IMG/VR virus record: IMGVR_UViG_3300033068_001989
Span: 32,001-96,000 of that record
Reading direction: 5' to 3' (one strand)
Origin: a virus
Taxonomy: Duplodnaviria; Caudoviricetes
Length of the DNA: 64,000 nt
The position numbers and the translations under genes were made by a program. Positions 58,966 to 64,000 of the stretch are shown in pieces (the first letter of the stretch is position 1; every line of letters starts with the position of its first letter). The notes beneath the pieces are model-generated. The model was not told the origin of the DNA. It saw only the letters and a program-made list of their open reading frames with translations, and searched no databases.

Positions 58966-59073
58966 TTATTTAGATTTTTTTCCTTTTCAGTTTATTTGGA
59001 CCCTCCAAATACAAAAAGTCCATTACATAAACATTGTAGATTACATAATGGAGTTTTGTTTCGTTATTTGTTG

Positions 59074-60036
59074 TTAATTTACTAAGTTTTCAGGAAATAT
59101 TTTTCTTATCTTATCCTCTGATGTGAATGTATTTATTATATTCTTAAGATCCTTTAATTTTTTACCATCCTCGATTCTCAACATCTTCATTTCTGAACTT
59201 AGATTTTGATCATTTCCGGATTTGAAGTTTTTTGACGTTTGTTCAAAATGGTTATAGATATTATCTCTATCTTCATTATTATCAACGCCTAATGATTTCT
59301 TAAGCAAGTAATACAGTCTGTGATTTTTCTTAACATCCGCTAAATCTGATTCGTCCTCAAGATTGGGTAAATCGTCATTATAGAAATAAAAATTATGCTT
59401 ACCGTTTTTACTCTTTATCTCAACCGATGGAGATGATTCGGCATTATTTTTATACATTTTAAAATCCCCAATAAGTTGCTTATCTGATTTTTTGTTTACG
59501 TCTATTGAAATGTTATTATCCAATACAACCTCATATTCATTATCACCATCCAACTTCTTAACATCAACAACCTCACATGGGATTCCTATTATATCCATTA
59601 TATGATATACATCATCCTTTATTGTATCTATTATATCGCCGGAATATAATTTATCCCTCATCTTGCTATCATAGAGAGATTCTATAAAATCCTCAATATT
59701 AGCTCTATTGACATCAGAACTTAACCATTCGCTTTCACCAGGGATTGAAATTTTACATACAGAATCAGAGTCATCGCTAATCTTACAATGATCTTTAGGT
59801 ATCCACAAATCCTTAATTTTTCTACCCTTGTAATTATGAAACGATAATCTAATATTTTTCGGTGAATCTTTTGTTAATAATATTCTCCCAAATGGCGGAG
59901 TGTCATTTTCAGAATCAAATTTTTCAGCCTCTAATTCATATCCATTATCAGATAACGAATTAACTCCCGGAATTTCATCATATATTTGTAGACTTTCCTC
60001 GTTTAAGATAAAATCTTTAAATTTTAAAATCTTCAT
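59074..60036 (-). CDS. hypothetical protein, possible head-internal protein
   Basis: N-terminus MKILKFKDFILNE. Confidence 0.65.
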   Translation of the reverse strand: MKILKFKDFILNEESLQIYDEIPGVNSLSDNGYELEAEKFDSENDTPPFGRILLTKDSPKNIRLSFHNYKGRKIKDLWIPKDHCKISDDSDSVCKISIPGESEWLSSDVNRANIEDFIESLYDSKMRDKLYSGDIIDTIKDDVYHIMDIIGIPCEVVDVKKLDGDNEYEVVLDNNISIDVNKKSDKQLIGDFKMYKNNAESSPSVEIKSKNGKHNFYFYNDDLPNLEDESDLADVKKNHRLYYLLKKSLGVDNNEDRDNIYNHFEQTSKNFKSGNDQNLSSEMKMLRIEDGKKLKDLKNIINTFTSEDKIRKIFPENLVN

Positions 60037-60046
60037 ATATTATCAA

Positions 60047-60493
60047 TTATGATCCGAAGACCACAGTTATTTTAAAATTTCTTGGCTCCGTTGATTTATT
60101 CATATCAATTTCAACAGATTTAGGGTATGAAGGTATAAGAACGTCATTCTTATCGACCAATATCTGATTATAATCTATTGTTCTACCAGGTATCAGATCT
60201 ATATCAAATTCCTTCGAATCGTTTGGATAATCATCAACCTCGAAATCAAGTTCCATCGAATTAACAACTATATCCATACTATCTATACCTGATTTTTTTA
60301 TGACAAGATTAACGGAATAATCTATAAAAATCTTAGCATCTGAAATATCCTCATATTCTTCAGGTCTGTTCTGTATGTCTATATCAGTATATCCGAGTTC
60401 TATTCCAAAAGTATAATCATTGGTATTGGTTGGCTTCTTGCTATCGGTAAAAGCAGAATAATCATAAATTCTTCCCTCGTTGATTCTTTTCAT
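60047..60493 (-). CDS. hypothetical protein
   Basis: Start re-assigned to MKRINE (60493) because the longer start overlaps a GATATATA motif at 60513-60520. Confidence 0.6.
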   Translation of the reverse strand: MKRINEGRIYDYSAFTDSKKPTNTNDYTFGIELGYTDIDIQNRPEEYEDISDAKIFIDYSVNLVIKKSGIDSMDIVVNSMELDFEVDDYPNDSKEFDIDLIPGRTIDYNQILVDKNDVLIPSYPKSVEIDMNKSTEPRNFKITVVFGS

Positions 60494-60512
60494 TTCTAGA
60501 AATCTTTTAGTG

Positions 60513-60520
60513 TATATATC
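60513..60520 (-). promoter_or_regulatory. putative late promoter GATATATA
   Basis: Motif 19 nt upstream of ATG 60493. Confidence 0.55.
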
Positions 60521-60578
60521 CATTTCGAAAAAATTACAATGTAAATATATAGAGCGATCAAACTTTTAATAGTTAAAG

Positions 60579-61304
60579 ATGAAAAACCTAAGCACGATTT
60601 GGTTCATTAAGGAACCAATAGACATAGAGCATAAAGAATATGTTCTCCTAGATTACTTAAAATCAATAAGTAAAAATATAAATTCGAAAAACTGCTACCC
60701 TATATTAAGGGCAGTTTCCAAAATAGTTAAATCTCTTAACGAGTTTAAGAAAAATAATAAAATAGGGACTGGAATAATTTCACAGTTATCAGAGGAGGAA
60801 AGGAAATATATAGAAAATTTCAATTTTGAGAAATTAGAAAAGCAAAAAAAGGATTCAATATTAGCAATAATAGAATCATCACTGGAAATACTATATGAAT
60901 ATTCAGAGATATTTTTAGATATGCTTAAGGATGAGGAATCAAAAATTAAAATATTCAAGGTACAATCAAAATTCAATTCAGAGAAGATAGAACCAGCAAA
61001 TTCTGGTATATTAATAATAAGAAATATGGTAACAGATAAAATAATACCATATTATTGGCAAGGTTCAGTTACACTGAAGACGGACCATGGTAATAAGCAG
61101 ATCTGTGTTCTCAAGAAGATAATTTTAAAAAATTCAAGATATTCGATGAATTATGAATTCATATATCACGAAATATTGGACGAATTCTCAATAGAAAAAA
61201 ATGTATCACCCGAACTATTTGTTATTGAAATATACGAGGACTTTGACGAAGATTCTGACATATATAGGTTGGCAAAAGAAAAATTCATAGAAACAATTAC
61301 ATAA
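60579..61304 (+). CDS. hypothetical protein (plus strand)
   Basis: 241-aa ORF filling a gap in the minus-strand gene run and ending at a bidirectional terminator; N-terminal WF..PIDIEHKEYVLLDYL. Confidence 0.75.
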   Translation: MKNLSTIWFIKEPIDIEHKEYVLLDYLKSISKNINSKNCYPILRAVSKIVKSLNEFKKNNKIGTGIISQLSEEERKYIENFNFEKLEKQKKDSILAIIESSLEILYEYSEIFLDMLKDEESKIKIFKVQSKFNSEKIEPANSGILIIRNMVTDKIIPYYWQGSVTLKTDHGNKQICVLKKIILKNSRYSMNYEFIYHEILDEFSIEKNVSPELFVIEIYEDFDEDSDIYRLAKEKFIETIT

Positions 61305-61335
61305 AAAAAAGAGAGCTATTAGCTCTCTTTTTTTA
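61303..61335. terminator. bidirectional intrinsic terminator between convergent genes
   Basis: A8-gagagct-att-agctctc-T7 perfect hairpin. Confidence 0.9.
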
Positions 61336-61349
61336 TTCTATATGTTATA

Positions 61350-61685
61350 TTAGAAATCAGATAATTTTTTAATGATATTGTCACTGGTATCGGATTCGCT
61401 AGTATTAAAAGCAGTACCAAAGGATCCAGCATCTGCCATACCCTGTTTTCCGTCAATATCGATTCTGTATCCAGGAACGTTTATCTTAGATTGGTGTCCA
61501 AATACTGCATCAGCATATCCAACGAAATCATATCTGGCTTCCCTTTTTATTTTAGATAAACCTGTAGCATCCTCTCTGTCCTCTTGATTTGCAGGTGCGA
61601 AGGGTTTGTATTTATCATCATGTACCTTTGTTAAAAATTTATCAAAGTCAAGTATATCTCTTTTGCTTACGTCTTTTTGATTCAT
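61350..61685 (-). CDS. hypothetical protein
   Basis: 111-aa ORF with ILDFDKF and IKKLSDF motifs. Confidence 0.6.
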   Translation of the reverse strand: MNQKDVSKRDILDFDKFLTKVHDDKYKPFAPANQEDREDATGLSKIKREARYDFVGYADAVFGHQSKINVPGYRIDIDGKQGMADAGSFGTAFNTSESDTSDNIIKKLSDF

Positions 61686-61696
61686 AGCTTATATTT

Positions 61697-62344
61697 TTAT
61701 TTTACTATTGCTGCTGTATTATTACCACCTAATAATCCACCCATTATGTTACTAATGAAAGATCCGCTATCTCCTTTTTTATCACCAGATACAGCCTTAT
61801 CCCCAGCAGCCTTAGTTAGTGCATTACTAAAATGAGCTTTATCTTTACTATTGAGAGATGATATGATATCACCACCTATATTATCATCACCAAATAATTC
61901 AAAAAGGAATTTTTCAATTCTCTCTCTTCCTGTTGCTTTATCCTGTATTGTATTTACAAGGGTTCTTAATATTATACTGGTAGGCTTTAATCCAATTCCT
62001 TTTGCTATCCCATCGAATCCCTTTCTCTCTAATGTAAATTGTATAGCTTCTGCGATTTTAGGAATGAAAAATTTCATATTATTATTGTCACCACTGAGTA
62101 TACCTGGCCACTCTTTCATATCTATGCTAGAAACTACTTGTTGTACAAATTCGGATGCAATAGTTTCCTCCTCTATTCCAAGCTTTTCTAAGAGCATTGA
62201 AGTAAATTTTTGTTTTACTGTATCGATAAACCCATCTCCTAGATATCCTATGGTTTTACCAAGCAAGCCCATTATATCAAAATCCTCATGGATTTGATCT
62301 TCGTTTGAAGAAAATGCATCAAAGTTTTTAACTATTCTTGTCAT
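61697..62344 (-). CDS. hypothetical protein, possible head-internal protein
   Basis: Start re-assigned to MTRIVKNFDAFSSNE (62344), 19 nt downstream of GATATATA. Confidence 0.6.
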   Translation of the reverse strand: MTRIVKNFDAFSSNEDQIHEDFDIMGLLGKTIGYLGDGFIDTVKQKFTSMLLEKLGIEEETIASEFVQQVVSSIDMKEWPGILSGDNNNMKFFIPKIAEAIQFTLERKGFDGIAKGIGLKPTSIILRTLVNTIQDKATGRERIEKFLFELFGDDNIGGDIISSLNSKDKAHFSNALTKAAGDKAVSGDKKGDSGSFISNIMGGLLGGNNTAAIVK

Positions 62345-62363
62345 TCTTACATTTTTATTTATG

Positions 62364-62371
62364 TATATATC
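62364..62371 (-). promoter_or_regulatory. putative late promoter GATATATA
   Basis: Motif 19 nt upstream of ATG 62344. Confidence 0.55.
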
Positions 62372-62395
62372 CAAGAAGTTTCAGATTAATAAAGA

Positions 62396-63802
62396 TTATG
62401 CTCTAGATAGAAATAAATCGACAGCTTTTTGTCTATATGCTAATTTATCTTCCTTTATTTCCGGATTCTTTAATGCTTCTTTTTTTCTATCGACTATCGA
62501 ACTTGGAAGCATAGGACCAAAGGTGTCCTTAAGTATCTTCTTATCTGTTCTCCATTCCAGCGGTAAATGCATAGCAAATCTAATTATATCATTATTAAGA
62601 AATGGAGATCTTAGTTCGAGCGTATGCGCCATCGACATCTTATCCAATCTTGGTAGGTGATAAAAACTAAGCTCTTGGAAGATATCGGATTTCTGTGAAT
62701 CATATTCATGTATTCTTGAATATCCACCAAAAAGCTCATCCGAACCATCGCCGCTTATCACTATTCGATAATCGGTATTTTTACGAATCGTTTCGAAAAG
62801 ATGATACTGGGGAATAACCGATCCAAGGTCTATAGGTGATTCGTTCCATTTGGCGTATATAAGCGCATTCTTTTCCGAATCCATATCATAGTCTAGGAAA
62901 TTTGTAGAAGTCTCTAAATGAGCTTCTAAATCATTAACAAAGGGGGTTTCTCCGTTCTCTATACTAAACCATTTAACATCAGATCCAGATTCCTTAAGTA
63001 TCGCAGCAATTATAGCAGAATCAAGTCCACCGGAAACAAGTATCGATATTGGATAATTTCTAGAAACTAGTCTATTATTAACACTTTCGAACATCTTATC
63101 CCATAGCCAATCCTTATGTGTTTCATAATCCTCGCCAACTAGTTCTGGTATTGGTGTGTTCCATATTCTATAATATTCAGAATATGTTTGTTCAAACATT
63201 GGGGAGCTCATGTTCCATGAATATATTGTATTCGGGAGTAATCTTTTTATATTACTATAAGCAGTTCTGTTATCTGTATTATAACCAAATTTTCTGACAG
63301 AGCTTATGAACTTATCGTCAATCTTTGAATTATCTGTATACAATCCCTTTATTTCAGAACATACCTCACCAAGTTCATTCTTATATAGACACTTCTTACC
63401 AAGTGGATCGGTAAATGATATTACCTGTTTTGTCGAAGTGCTATATAAAACTATAGACCAGAATCCGTCCCATGTGCAAATATGTGGAATATACATTGCA
63501 GAAAAGAATTCTAGATTGACTCCGCCTAATTTAGAAAAAAGATTACATAAATATTCGGTATCCGAAGAAAATAGATTTTGATCATAATTAAATATCTCAC
63601 CATTAAACATCATATAGATGTCCTTAGCGACATTAATCGGTTGCCCCCAATCATCACCATCCAAAGTTTGAATTGGTAATCTATGATGACATAAAGTTAC
63701 ATTATCAAAGGTCTCGCTTTGAACCTCTATACCTCTATGTTTTATTGAATCAAGTATTTCCGGATTTTTCTTAGCACCGGTTGTTAGTAATATACCGCAC
63801 AT
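62396..63802 (-). CDS. asnB: asparagine synthetase B-like glutamine amidotransferase
   Basis: N-terminal MCGI (Ntn nucleophile), HRG, HHRL, FNGEIFN, PP-loop SGGLDS, SGDGSDELFGGY, DKMSMAHTLELRSPFL. Confidence 0.9.
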   Translation of the reverse strand: MCGILLTTGAKKNPEILDSIKHRGIEVQSETFDNVTLCHHRLPIQTLDGDDWGQPINVAKDIYMMFNGEIFNYDQNLFSSDTEYLCNLFSKLGGVNLEFFSAMYIPHICTWDGFWSIVLYSTSTKQVISFTDPLGKKCLYKNELGEVCSEIKGLYTDNSKIDDKFISSVRKFGYNTDNRTAYSNIKRLLPNTIYSWNMSSPMFEQTYSEYYRIWNTPIPELVGEDYETHKDWLWDKMFESVNNRLVSRNYPISILVSGGLDSAIIAAILKESGSDVKWFSIENGETPFVNDLEAHLETSTNFLDYDMDSEKNALIYAKWNESPIDLGSVIPQYHLFETIRKNTDYRIVISGDGSDELFGGYSRIHEYDSQKSDIFQELSFYHLPRLDKMSMAHTLELRSPFLNNDIIRFAMHLPLEWRTDKKILKDTFGPMLPSSIVDRKKEALKNPEIKEDKLAYRQKAVDLFLSRA

Positions 63803-63804
63803 AA

Positions 63805-63999
63805 TTATATTTGATTTATTAGTTTTATTAATTCATCCACGCTTCCATCAGTGAAGTCGTTCTGGAATATTCTTATATTATCAAAGCCAAGTTCTACAAA
63901 CTTATAGATAACAAACTCGAATGAAGATCTCTCGGAATTATCAAGTTCTGCATAATCCCATTGGTCCTTATTTCTATCGGATTTATCAGGATTGTTACC
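63805..63999 (-). CDS. 3' end of an unidentified protein (partial)
   Basis: Hand translation ...GNNPDKSDRNKDQWDYAELD...LIKLINQI*, stopping 2 nt before the asnB-like start. Confidence 0.6.
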   Translation of the reverse strand, partial: GNNPDKSDRNKDQWDYAELDNSERSSFEFVIYKFVELGFDNIRIFQNDFTDGSVDELIKLINQI

Positions 64000-64000
64000 A

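Noticed and set aside
1-64000. Stop-codon recoding as in some jumbo phages
   Set aside because: Long genes are intact and tightly packed in code 11; TAG (4907, 35394) and TGA (14512) end genes at sensible positions.
1-64000. Many short ORFs in the track (e.g. 209..412, 576..875, 5615..5962, 10440..10943, 49995..50375, 61851..62297)
   Set aside because: They are antisense or out-of-frame shadows of longer genes with recognisable motifs.

Overview
AT-rich, densely coding, almost entirely minus-strand segment of a large T4-like (myovirus, probably jumbo) phage genome read in standard code 11. A Bacteroidetes host is inferred from A-rich leaders without Shine-Dalgarno sites and from Bacteroidetes-type surface domains. 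Left end (1-4.6 kb): replication/recombination genes (UvsW helicase, UvsY-like mediator, gp61-type primase, gp32 SSB, RuvC-like nuclease). Middle (4.9-57 kb): tail/baseplate cluster (gp3-, gp6-, gp25-, gp13-, gp5-, gp27- and gp53-like genes, several collagen/beta-propeller/PKD fibre proteins, one ending in a Hint domain), interrupted by phoH, a glycosyltransferase, an amidoligase-like gene and a ribosomal S1-like gene. Right end: small genes, a Nudix hydrolase and an asparagine-synthetase-like amidotransferase. Main candidate novel system: phage-encoded virion protein O-glycosylation. A GT-A enzyme with motifs resembling plant SGT1/HPAT peptide O-glycosyltransferases sits next to mucin-like poly-Thr tail proteins, and about 40 dispersed G-x-T-G motifs occur across the fibre/baseplate proteins. 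Two promoter-like motifs were read from the DNA (GATATATA; GGAA[C/A]-N17-GTA[T/A]AAT), along with start-codon hairpins that overlap them. All family calls are from visual motif recognition; no database searches were run.
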